NCBI GenBank assembly: GCA_017536605.1
Contig: JAFXHB010000083.1
Span: 1 to 40,349 of the forward strand
Direction of reading: 5' to 3'
From: Alistipes sp.
GTDB taxonomy: Bacteria; Bacteroidota; Bacteroidia; Bacteroidales; Rikenellaceae
Length of the DNA stretch: 40,349 bases
A program made the translations under genes and the position numbers. Each line of letters begins with the position of its first letter. Position 1 is the stretch's first letter. Positions 29,088 to 37,482 of the stretch are shown piece by piece. The notes under the pieces are model-generated. The model searched no databases. It was not told where the DNA came from and saw only the letters and a list, made by a program, of their open reading frames with translations.

Positions 29088-31462
29088 TAGAGTTGATTGT
29101 AGATGGTCAGGTGTGCGACTTGGGTGATATGCCCACCCTGCCACTCAACTTTGATGCGGAGAGCCTGACCGACGTTGAGGGTGGGCGCAGCGGGCGCACG
29201 GTGGAACTTAATCTCCGCTCTACGCCGAAGAATGATACGCTGTTTGGGGCTTCGTGCGACCTCTACGCTGCGGAGTCATTCAACGCTCGCCACCACTCGG
29301 CGGTGGTTGTGGAGCAGGGGCTGACACTCTTTGCGGGAACGCTCGTTCTGCTCGCTACGGAGGTTGGCAGTGGCTACAAGGTACGCATCGTGGCGGGAGG
29401 CTGCAAGTGGATAGACGACGCGGTGTCGGCATCGCTTGATGATTTGCCGATAGATTTTCAGGGCAAACTCACGCTCACGACGATAGAGAACTCTTGGGAG
29501 AGCGATAGTGCAGTGCGATTTCTGCCGGTCTATCGTGGCGACTACAATATGAGTACCTCCTCGCACTCGACACACCCCGTTGAGCATATTATGTTGTCGG
29601 ACGACTTTCACCCCTTTATCTCGGTTGCGGAGATGGTGCGCTCTATGTTTGCCGGTTATGGTTATACGCTCAAAAGCGACCTGCTTGATAGCGACCTCTT
29701 TGCCTCGCTCTATATGAGTGGCGACTACACCCGCAGCAACCTTGCGACGGATAGTGCCAAGTGCGACTTCTTGGCGCGTCGCGCAGCCCCAATAACCGCT
29801 ACCGCCGATAGTACGGGTAGGGTATACTCCTCAACCGCATTCGCCTCGCATACGCTGGGCAACATCGTCGATACGGCAAACCCCAACGCCATTGACAGTG
29901 AGGGCAACCTGATGAGCGACACCTTCTCAACGAATGGTTGCTTTACGACGAATGACGACGGGCAGATAGTCTTCAAGCCTGTAACCTCCGTGAATGTCGG
30001 CTTTGTGTTGCACGCGGAGTACACTACCGACTACAAAATCGCCACTCGTGAGCGACTCTTTGGCTTTGATGTCTTTGAGGGGTTGAACGGAGTGTATATT
30101 GAGTATGCCCTCAATAACGCATTCAAGGATTACCGTAGAAGCATATCTCCGAATACGCTCTATCGTGCCGTAGTCTTCAACCATATTGAGGGGTACGAGT
30201 ATCGTCTGGTAGAGAAGTTAAAGAGTAACGTAAAGTTGCAGATAGGCTTGTGGGCATCGCGCTCGGCGCAGGTGTTGAGTGCCTCGGCAGAGGGGGACTC
30301 CTTAAACCTCTACTATCGTGCCGTAGGCGAAGAGTCTTGGCAGCCCTACACCGATGATTGGGCCCTCTATGCCGGACACGTAGAGGAGGAGGGACAGGTA
30401 GATGTTGAGTGTACGGTGCGTATCCCTCCACAGGAGGTAAATCGTGGCGAGGAACTTATACTTGACAAGTTTTGGTTTGGCGGAGCCGAGTCGGGTATGA
30501 GCCTGACGCTCGGCACGGGAACATCGTTAAGACCATACTTTACCAACGTGGCGGGTTACGGCTCTACATTAACCTACGCTGACATCGCTCCGAAGCAGGT
30601 GCGCCAGATTGACCTTTTGAGGGCATTAGCGCAGATGTTTAACCTTGCTTTTATAACCGACGAGGAGCGAAAGGTTGTACGAATGGAGCCACTTGAAGAT
30701 GCCTACAAGGGTGGCAAGTTGGTAGATTGGACCTCGCGCATAGACTTTGCACAGCCGATAATGCTCTGCGATACGGGTATTGACCGCCCGCAAGATTATA
30801 TCCTCTCCTACATAGACGCGGATAGGGCGTCGCACCTCTACAACCTCGCCAACGATACGACGCTTGGAAGTTGGGCTTGGCGCAACCCGCTGTATGGTAC
30901 GACGCAGAGTACAAAACGTATTGGTAACCGACTCTTCACGACAACGCTGAATGCGGAGGGGGTGTTGGGGTGTGCCCCTTCGGCTTCGCTGTTGCAGGTG
31001 GGCGACGTTACCCTTGACGAGGCGGCAACCTATGGAGAGTTTACCCACCGTATAGTGAGTTATCGAGGTCTGATATCGTTGCCGAGTGGCGAGAATTGGA
31101 ACGGCAAAGGGTCAGCGCAGGGCTTTCCGTACGCAACATTTATAGATGGCGACAGCGGCATAAATCTCTGCTTCGAGGAGCGTGAAGGTGTAGAGGGACT
31201 TGCACGCTACTACAAAGAGGCACACCTTCGCGAAGAGTGCCGACAGAGGTTGTCGCTTACGCTGCAACTTACACCGGCAGAGATAGTGCATCTCACCAAA
31301 GATGATGGCCATAGTCCATCGGTATTGGATAGATACCGTTTTACGATATTGGGTGAGAGTGCGATATTTCGCTTGGTGCAAATTGAGGCGTGGGACCCGT
31401 TGCAGATGACAGTAAAGTGTGTTTTTCAACGTGAATTGGTAGATGGCTATGACGCAGTATGA
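29084..31462 (+). CDS. Putative tail hub/tip protein
   Basis: 792 aa; N-terminus IELIVDGQVCDL...LTDV...LRSTPKND.LF and later QIDLLRALAQMFNL and VDWTSRID, as in Bacteroidota siphovirus tail proteins. Confidence 0.55.
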   Translation: MIELIVDGQVCDLGDMPTLPLNFDAESLTDVEGGRSGRTVELNLRSTPKNDTLFGASCDLYAAESFNARHHSAVVVEQGLTLFAGTLVLLATEVGSGYKVRIVAGGCKWIDDAVSASLDDLPIDFQGKLTLTTIENSWESDSAVRFLPVYRGDYNMSTSSHSTHPVEHIMLSDDFHPFISVAEMVRSMFAGYGYTLKSDLLDSDLFASLYMSGDYTRSNLATDSAKCDFLARRAAPITATADSTGRVYSSTAFASHTLGNIVDTANPNAIDSEGNLMSDTFSTNGCFTTNDDGQIVFKPVTSVNVGFVLHAEYTTDYKIATRERLFGFDVFEGLNGVYIEYALNNAFKDYRRSISPNTLYRAVVFNHIEGYEYRLVEKLKSNVKLQIGLWASRSAQVLSASAEGDSLNLYYRAVGEESWQPYTDDWALYAGHVEEEGQVDVECTVRIPPQEVNRGEELILDKFWFGGAESGMSLTLGTGTSLRPYFTNVAGYGSTLTYADIAPKQVRQIDLLRALAQMFNLAFITDEERKVVRMEPLEDAYKGGKLVDWTSRIDFAQPIMLCDTGIDRPQDYILSYIDADRASHLYNLANDTTLGSWAWRNPLYGTTQSTKRIGNRLFTTTLNAEGVLGCAPSASLLQVGDVTLDEAATYGEFTHRIVSYRGLISLPSGENWNGKGSAQGFPYATFIDGDSGINLCFEEREGVEGLARYYKEAHLREECRQRLSLTLQLTPAEIVHLTKDDGHSPSVLDRYRFTILGESAIFRLVQIEAWDPLQMTVKCVFQRELVDGYDAV

Positions 31463-31742
31463 ACAGAAACTTATATTTCCTCTCTACAATATGATTAGAG
31501 GGAAGAGCTCCGCAGAGGCTATCAGGATATTGTGGCGTCAAGGTCTGTTGGACCGGAAGGGTATGGAGCGAGGCTACTTTGTGCGTGAGGTGGCACGACG
31601 TGTCCGCGAGGGGGAGATGAAGAGCCTTGCGATAACCAACGTCGCAATCGAAGCCCGATGCTCCTACGAGAAGGTACGACGAGCCGTCTATGAAACCGAA
31701 AAAGAGAACAAGAAAAGAGTAACAAATGGAGACAAAAATTAA
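31443..31742 (+). CDS. Small basic protein with a possible C-terminal HTH
   Basis: 99 aa (alternative start 31449), Arg/Lys-rich; AITNVAIEARCSYEKVRRAVY resembles a helix-turn-helix. Confidence 0.45.
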   Translation: MAMTQYEQKLIFPLYNMIRGKSSAEAIRILWRQGLLDRKGMERGYFVREVARRVREGEMKSLAITNVAIEARCSYEKVRRAVYETEKENKKRVTNGDKN

Positions 31743-32586
31743 AATTACAAACGCTGCCGAGCAGTGCGTCATTGACATTGAAGGAGTTATTGGCGTGAGC
31801 GAAGAGAGCCAATTTGCGCACCCCTCGCAGCGCGTCGCCACCTATGAACGCTTCCGAGAGGTGGTAGATGAGATTTCCGCCATTGAGGCATCGGAGGTGG
31901 TGGTGAATATCCGCTCGGCGGGAGGAGATGTGAACGACGCACTCCTAATCTACGAGGCACTTTCGGCACTTGAAACCAAGGTTACGACTCGTTGCTACGG
32001 ATATGTCGCTTCGGCAGCAACAATTATTGCGCAGGCCGCCTCCGAGGGCTGTCGTGAGATCGCCTCCTCGGCACTCTACCTGATACACCAATCGAGTTGT
32101 GTGGTGGAGGGTAATGCCTCGGACGTGGAGGAGCGTCTAAACCTTCTGCGCAAGACCGACGAGCGCATATCTTCGCTCTACGCCGAGCGTTCGGGTCGTG
32201 AGGTTGCCCAATTTGAGCAACTGATGGCCGAGAATGGCGGACGAGGTCGCTGGCTCTCGCCGGAGGAGACCGTTGAGAATGGGTTGGCCGATGTCGTCAT
32301 AGGTCGTGAGGAGAGTGAGCGACGCGAGTCTATCGTGGATAGGGTGAAGCGTTGGTTCTCGCCTGCCGAGAGCGAGAAGGAGGAGTCCTCCGATATAAAT
32401 GTCCTTCACACCCCCGTTGATGCGGTGGCGACAAGTTCTGTCATAGCATTTGAGGAGGGGCAGAAGCAGGCCTCACCCTCAAAGGTTAAGCCGGTTGAGG
32501 ACCCGTCGGTTGAGGAGATGCGCCTGTCGGGCAACATCTCGGCATACGACGAGGATGCAAAGCGACTTCGCCTGATGGGTATGTAG
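31726..32586 (+). CDS. ClpP-like (S14) prohead maturation protease with a short scaffold-like tail
   Basis: IDIEGVIG, VNIRSAGGDV..AL.IY, G.VASAATII (Ser), YLIH (His), WLSPEE.V..GLAD. Confidence 0.85.
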   Translation: METKIKITNAAEQCVIDIEGVIGVSEESQFAHPSQRVATYERFREVVDEISAIEASEVVVNIRSAGGDVNDALLIYEALSALETKVTTRCYGYVASAATIIAQAASEGCREIASSALYLIHQSSCVVEGNASDVEERLNLLRKTDERISSLYAERSGREVAQFEQLMAENGGRGRWLSPEETVENGLADVVIGREESERRESIVDRVKRWFSPAESEKEESSDINVLHTPVDAVATSSVIAFEEGQKQASPSKVKPVEDPSVEEMRLSGNISAYDEDAKRLRLMGM

Positions 32587-32631
32587 CCCAAAACAAAAGA
32601 AAAACTTTAACAACTAAAAAAGAGAAAAACT

Positions 32632-33603
32632 ATGTTAATTGAAAATCCAAAAGTCTATTCGAATACCGAAGTTGATTCAATCTTTTTCCGTCCATCTTTC
32701 TGCGGAAAGTCAGCCGAAGAGATGGGTATTCACGTAATCTACAATATGCCAATGCCTACAACTGTGCAGGTTTTCGCAAATAAGCGTCGTGTTTTGGAGC
32801 CGTTTGAGTCGGGTTGGAGTGGCTCTGCTACAAATAAGCCGATGCAGGTAACTATCGCGATGAACCGCGTGAAGGCGGAGTCGTCGTACTCGGCAGAGGA
32901 CTACTTCTCTACGGTGTTTGAGTTGATTACCAACTCCTCGGACGTAAACCTCGGCGACCTGACCGGCACCGAACTTGAAAAGGCGGAGACCGAGTTGTTC
33001 CGTAAGGCGATTGCCAAGGAGATCTATGCGACAATGTGGTTTGGCGACGAGAACGGTGAGTTCTACAGTTACGACTCCTTCAATGGCTTCTTGCCAACCC
33101 TTATTCGTACTGCCGTTGATAATGGCACCTCTACGAACTACCAGATTGTTCAGGAGAAGCCGGCAAAGACCGCTGTTCAGATCTTCCGCGATGCGTGGGA
33201 TAACGCTTCGGGAACTATCCGCACTCTCGCGTCGGAGGGCAACCTCGCCTTCTACGTAAGTTCGGACGTGTATGACGACTACCAATTCTACCTTGACGAG
33301 AATGGTACCAACTCGGCATACGTTGATATGCAGAGTGGTCGCCAGAAGTTGTACTACCACGGTATCCCTGTGATTGAGGTGCCAATCACCGGTGCAAACT
33401 TGGACTCTCTCGGCTCGTTCTGCCTCTTGACCGACAGTCGTAACCTTGTCTTGGCACTCAACACCGCCTCTTCGCCGGAGAACGAGGTGAGAATGTGGTA
33501 CAACCCTGACGAGATGGAGAATCGCCAGCGTGCCGTATTCTTGGCAGGTACAGCAATCGTTGATCTCGATTTGGTGTCGGGCTACATCGTTACTTCATAC
33601 TAA
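32632..33603 (+). CDS. Putative major capsid protein
   Basis: 323 aa directly after the head protease; WFGD, FNGF, FYVS..VY..Y, Y.GIPVIEVP, N.V.A.N and WYN.DE..NR pattern; strongly A-rich translation-initiation region. Confidence 0.7.
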   Translation: MLIENPKVYSNTEVDSIFFRPSFCGKSAEEMGIHVIYNMPMPTTVQVFANKRRVLEPFESGWSGSATNKPMQVTIAMNRVKAESSYSAEDYFSTVFELITNSSDVNLGDLTGTELEKAETELFRKAIAKEIYATMWFGDENGEFYSYDSFNGFLPTLIRTAVDNGTSTNYQIVQEKPAKTAVQIFRDAWDNASGTIRTLASEGNLAFYVSSDVYDDYQFYLDENGTNSAYVDMQSGRQKLYYHGIPVIEVPITGANLDSLGSFCLLTDSRNLVLALNTASSPENEVRMWYNPDEMENRQRAVFLAGTAIVDLDLVSGYIVTSY

Positions 33604-33615
33604 TAGTGGCTCCTG

Positions 33616-34089
33616 ATGGTTGACCAGAAACCTGTTGGTGGGGTAGATGCCGTTGTCCTCTACCCCGCCGATGCGGTCAAACACGCACTCTTTTCGCAGG
33701 GTGGTTGCGAGGTTGAGTTTTGGGAGGACGTGCAGGGCGTGGCCGTTAATCTGATTGAAGATGCCTCCCTCTACGAGGAGGTTGCCAAGTCGGTGAATGG
33801 CATCGTCGGAGTAACCCATAACCTGACTCTCGTAGCACGCTACAAAGATGCGGGTGAATGGTTGGCGACACCATTTCTGGATAGGTTGGCACAGGAGGGT
33901 GCTATCGCTACGGTCGCTTTGAGTGATGGTCGCCGTATAGTTGTCGGCTACTCCCAACACTTTGGCGAGGAGCAACCCCTGATGCTCGAAAGCGTAACCA
34001 CCTCTTCGGGTAAAGCGTTGCTTGACACTCCGAGCGTAACCTTGCGATTGGTGTCGCACGATACGGCGTTGGCCGCAGAGATAATTTAA
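33616..34089 (+). CDS. Putative tail tube / major tail protein
   Basis: 157 aa; GGV..V.LY N-terminus, DGR..VVG and SGK...D...VTL.L pattern of Bacteroidota phage tube proteins. Confidence 0.5.
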   Translation: MVDQKPVGGVDAVVLYPADAVKHALFSQGGCEVEFWEDVQGVAVNLIEDASLYEEVAKSVNGIVGVTHNLTLVARYKDAGEWLATPFLDRLAQEGAIATVALSDGRRIVVGYSQHFGEEQPLMLESVTTSSGKALLDTPSVTLRLVSHDTALAAEII

Positions 34090-34107
34090 TTAACCAGAGA
34101 AAAAGAT

Positions 34108-35328
34108 ATGGACAAAACAGAGAGAAAAAGTATAATATGTGTCCCCAAAAACGAGGCCGACACCTACTACGCCACAAGTGGGCGACGTGTAGAGAGCGAT
34201 GACTATTGGCGGTGGGGCGTTGATAACTGCTTTCCGGAGGCTTTGGCCCTACTTTCGCGCCGCTCAACGGTGCATCGTCGTATCGTAAACGATAAGGCTG
34301 ACTACATATCGGGCAAGGGATTTACCTACGACTGCGAGATTCCGTTGCTTGGGGAGATTGTGGCGTGTGCCAACGGCGAGGGTGAGTCGTTGCGACAGGT
34401 TGTAAATAAGGTCGCTTTTGATAAGATACTCTTTGGAAACGCCTTTATGGAGGTTGTAACCGATGAGGCGCACTCTTTCTTGTCGTTCTACCACCAAGAT
34501 GCTTCGCGTTGTCGCGTTGCGAAGTGTGGTCGTCATATCCTCATACATCACGATTGGTCGCAGTTTAAGCGTGGCGAGGCAGTGTCATTGCCCCTCTATC
34601 CGAACTTTGAGAAGCAGAGCGACGGTATGCTCCACTCAATAATCCACTATAAAGATTATGAGCCGATGTTTGAACACTACGGAGTACCACAGTATATCGC
34701 CGGAATGAATGTCTCGGCGATAGCCTACAAGACGGACCGTTGGAATATCGCCCGTTTGGACTCTTCGTTCCAACCATCGGGAATAATGATGTTGGAGAAC
34801 ACGATTGACAGCGAGGAGGAGGCGGCGAGGTTGATGCGCGTTGCCGAGAGTCGCTTTGCGGGACGTCCCGGACAGGTGATGTTCATCATCAAGGGTGGTA
34901 GCGAGGAGGAGAGTTCCCGCTTTATACCGATTGAGTCAAAGAGCGATGGCGATTGGAAGGCTCTGCACGAGCAATCTACCAACGATATTGTGGTGGCGCA
35001 CTCGTGGTTCCGTTCGTTGAGTGGTCTGGACTACACGACAGGCTTCAATGCCGAGCGAATACTCCACGAGTACGAGGTTGCACTCAATACGGTGATTCTC
35101 GGCGAGCAGGCGGAGTTGATGGAGCCGATTCTCAACGCCATCTCCACCATACTCTCGGTAGATGCCTCTTCGCTCGTGATAGTCAATCGCCCGCCGACCA
35201 ACTCAAAGCCTGTCTATATGAAGGTGTGGGAGGCTCGCAAGGCCGATGGTCTTGACTACGACGAGAGCGATGAGCGTCAGCAGCTCTTCCTGTCGGAGAT
35301 TGTGGGTAGTAATGTAACAAGAATTTAA
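34108..35328 (+). CDS. Phage portal protein
   Basis: 406 aa; WG.DN.FP..L......S.VH..I...K..YI.G.G, D..LFGNAF, HYGVP.Y, IVVAH pattern. Confidence 0.75.
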   Translation: MDKTERKSIICVPKNEADTYYATSGRRVESDDYWRWGVDNCFPEALALLSRRSTVHRRIVNDKADYISGKGFTYDCEIPLLGEIVACANGEGESLRQVVNKVAFDKILFGNAFMEVVTDEAHSFLSFYHQDASRCRVAKCGRHILIHHDWSQFKRGEAVSLPLYPNFEKQSDGMLHSIIHYKDYEPMFEHYGVPQYIAGMNVSAIAYKTDRWNIARLDSSFQPSGIMMLENTIDSEEEAARLMRVAESRFAGRPGQVMFIIKGGSEEESSRFIPIESKSDGDWKALHEQSTNDIVVAHSWFRSLSGLDYTTGFNAERILHEYEVALNTVILGEQAELMEPILNAISTILSVDASSLVIVNRPPTNSKPVYMKVWEARKADGLDYDESDERQQLFLSEIVGSNVTRI

Positions 35329-35332
35329 GGCT

Positions 35333-35806
35333 ATGAAGAGTTTAATTACACAAGAGATGGTTGTGGCGTTGGCGTTTGGCGATGGAGAGTATCTCTCGCC
35401 GGAGGCGGTCTGCGAGTCCGATATAGCCATTGCCGAGTCGCGTTATCTGCGACCTGTGGTGGGCGACAAGTTGTGGCAGGCACTCTTGGAGGGTAAATAC
35501 CCGACACTCGTTGAGGAGTATGTTGCCCCTGCGCTTGCTATGGCGGTGCGCACGTTGATACAGCCGGCGTTGAATGTGCGCACGGGGCAGTGCGGACTCT
35601 CAATCGCTTCGACCTATCGCTCGGATAGCGCAACGAGGTCGGCTACGGAGTCGCTGTTGCGTTCACTTGTAAAACGCCGAAAGGCTCTATTCAAGCGTCT
35701 TTCGGACCATTTGAAAACCAATGCTGCGGAGTATGTCGAGTATGATGTATCCCGCGACGCATTACAAAGATGTTCAATTTATGGAGGTATCGTTCAAATT
35801 CATTAG
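35333..35806 (+). CDS. Putative head-tail adaptor (DUF6712-like)
   Basis: 157 aa, helical; I..AE..YLRPVVG..L...L motif; directly after the portal. Confidence 0.5.
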   Translation: MKSLITQEMVVALAFGDGEYLSPEAVCESDIAIAESRYLRPVVGDKLWQALLEGKYPTLVEEYVAPALAMAVRTLIQPALNVRTGQCGLSIASTYRSDSATRSATESLLRSLVKRRKALFKRLSDHLKTNAAEYVEYDVSRDALQRCSIYGGIVQIH

Positions 35807-36227
35807 TGGTGCAGTTTTGGGCATATTGTCGCTCTTTGCACCGATAAAAGCAACAATTATCTGTACGTTGCTGTTTGTTGCCGTTGATTTTATCTTCGGA
35901 GTCCTCGCCTCGCGTGAGGAGAGTCGTCGTCAGGGTAAGCAGTGGTACTTCTCCTCGCAGGAGGCGTGGCGCACTGTGCGTAAGTCGTGTTTTGTACTGC
36001 TTACGATCGTTATGACGTGGTTGGTTGAGAGTTGTGTGCTTGATTTTATGAATCTTCACCTGACACGAATGGTTGCGGGTGTGATTTGCGGTGTTGAGAT
36101 GTGGTCCTTGTTGGAGAATATCTCTGTGCTTTCAGATGCACGCATATTCGTATGGCTACGTCAATATGTCCACCGAAGAATCGAAAAGGAGATAGGTCCT
36201 TGCGATGATGACAAGGGGGCTGCGTAA
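35781..36227 (+). CDS. Phage holin
   Basis: 148 aa from MEVSF; 3-4 TM segments, D...GV.AS, T.RK, E.WS.LEN, charged C-terminus; directly upstream of the lysin. Confidence 0.8.
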   Translation: MEVSFKFISGAVLGILSLFAPIKATIICTLLFVAVDFIFGVLASREESRRQGKQWYFSSQEAWRTVRKSCFVLLTIVMTWLVESCVLDFMNLHLTRMVAGVICGVEMWSLLENISVLSDARIFVWLRQYVHRRIEKEIGPCDDDKGAA

Positions 36228-36630
36228 CAACAATCCGGGTAATATCCGACTCGGCTCGTTCAAGTATCGGGGCGAGGTGGCGAGGAGTAGCGACAGGGCA
36301 TTTAGGCAGTTTGAGAGTATGGCGTGGGGCTATCGTGCAATGTTTGTGCTGTTGCACACCTACGCCCTGCGCTACCAATGTCGCACCCTACGCGACTACA
36401 TTTCGCGCTATGCTCCTCCATCGGAGAATAACACCGAGGCGTATATACGACGTGTGGCTTGTACCACACACCTTGCTCCCGATGAGGTTCTCTCTACGAC
36501 AGATGGTGCGGTGATGACGGCTGTTGTAGCAGCGATGTCGGAGGTGGAGAATGGCATAGCCGCCAATATGAGTGATATTTGGCGTGGTTGGGAACTATTT
36601 ATTGCAGATTTTCAACCTCTTCGGCATTAA
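36205..36630 (+). CDS. Putative endolysin (lysozyme-like, RNNNPGNIR family)
   Basis: RGLRNNNPGNIR, F.QF....WG.RA, I.RYAPP.ENNT.AYI, AM..VENG. Confidence 0.78.
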   Translation: MMTRGLRNNNPGNIRLGSFKYRGEVARSSDRAFRQFESMAWGYRAMFVLLHTYALRYQCRTLRDYISRYAPPSENNTEAYIRRVACTTHLAPDEVLSTTDGAVMTAVVAAMSEVENGIAANMSDIWRGWELFIADFQPLRH

Positions 36631-36636
36631 TTTTTT

Positions 36637-36690
36637 CAGAGTTACCTAATTTGCAGTTGCTATGTATAATTAGGTAACTTTGTTTTTTTT
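36637..36690 (+). terminator. Intrinsic terminator closing the phage-like operon
   Basis: cagagttacctaatt (36637-36651) / aattaggtaactttg (36668-36682) followed by 8 T. Confidence 0.75.
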
Positions 36691-36743
36691 ACAACATTTT
36701 TTTACAACATATCTCTTTGCTTTTTTCTTTCGGAATAATTTCT

Positions 36744-36751
36744 TACCTTTG
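36744..36751 (+). promoter_or_regulatory. -7 promoter element for the lipoprotein islet
   Basis: TACCTTTG followed by a ~280-nt leader. Confidence 0.5.
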
Positions 36752-37034
36752 TACCGCTGGTGATGCTATCATTGGCATACATATATTAGTGAAAGTGTTT
36801 CGCTAATCCTTGATAACGAAATTTGGCGATTTTGTACAAGTAAGGATAAGCAATAAAACACTCACCACCGTATTTGGTATATTCTTTTCTATATACCATT
36901 CGGTGTGGGGTATTGTTTATTTACTTGTGGGCCACGCCAAATGCCTGTTATCAGATAAACGAACGACCTCACACTTTCTTTGTTTTTATAAACGCCCTTT
37001 TGGGGTTGGTGGGCAAACAAAAAATTCATTTATT

Positions 37035-37466
37035 ATGAAAAAACTATTTTTATTAGTAGTTGTTGCAATCTCTGTTGCATCGTGTGGCACATTGAAGAAT
37101 TCTGCCACTTACCGTAGTTTCAGCGTAAGTACTCCGTATGCTGTGCCGGTTATTGCCGATTTAGACATTGCAAGTACAAGAATTACCTATGCCTATATTC
37201 CGACAAAGGTTGTGAAGAATGGCGGTGATGGCAATGTAATCAACACAGCCATTCGAGAAGCGTTGATGACCAATGGTAATGCAGATGTGTTGGTCGGACT
37301 TGAAACTCAAATCAAGTATAATTCGAGAAAGAAAATCAAGTCTATTACTCTCACTGGCTATCCAGCCAAATACAAAAATTTTAGGAATATAGAGACTAAT
37401 ACTTGGTATTCTAACCCTTATTTCCAAGAGCCACATCAAAGACCAAGTGTCTTGAATGTTAAATAA
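37035..37466 (+). CDS. Hypothetical lipoprotein (143 aa), AT-rich
   Basis: MKKLFLLVVVAISVASC lipobox; A-rich upstream region supports this start over 36810. Confidence 0.75.
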   Translation: MKKLFLLVVVAISVASCGTLKNSATYRSFSVSTPYAVPVIADLDIASTRITYAYIPTKVVKNGGDGNVINTAIREALMTNGNADVLVGLETQIKYNSRKKIKSITLTGYPAKYKNFRNIETNTWYSNPYFQEPHQRPSVLNVK

Positions 37467-37482
37467 AAGTAAGGTATATGTT

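Larger units (their letters stand above)
27703..36630 (+). mobile_element. Phage-derived structural and lysis operon without integration, replication or packaging-motor genes (GTA-like or domesticated prophage)
   Basis: 11 co-oriented, closely spaced or overlapping intact ORFs including a Clp-type protease, capsid-, portal-, holin- and endolysin-like genes; bounded by a promoter and a terminator. Confidence 0.8.

Noticed and set aside
31726-32586. Housekeeping clpP
   Set aside because: No clpX or tig context; it precedes a capsid-like gene and has a C-terminal extension typical of phage prohead proteases.
27703-36630. Complete inducible prophage
   Set aside because: No integrase, repressor, replication or terminase genes and no att repeats or tRNA; both flanks are visible and are host genes or a small islet. 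A cleanly deleted remnant cannot be fully excluded.
27703-36630. Contractile injection system, T6SS or R-type tailocin
   Set aside because: No recognisable sheath, baseplate wedge, VgrG/PAAR or AAA ATPase; head genes (protease, capsid, portal) are present.
36810-37034. 75-aa N-terminal extension of the first lipoprotein
   Set aside because: The signal peptide starts at ATG 37035; the upstream part starts at TTG and overlaps RNA hairpins.
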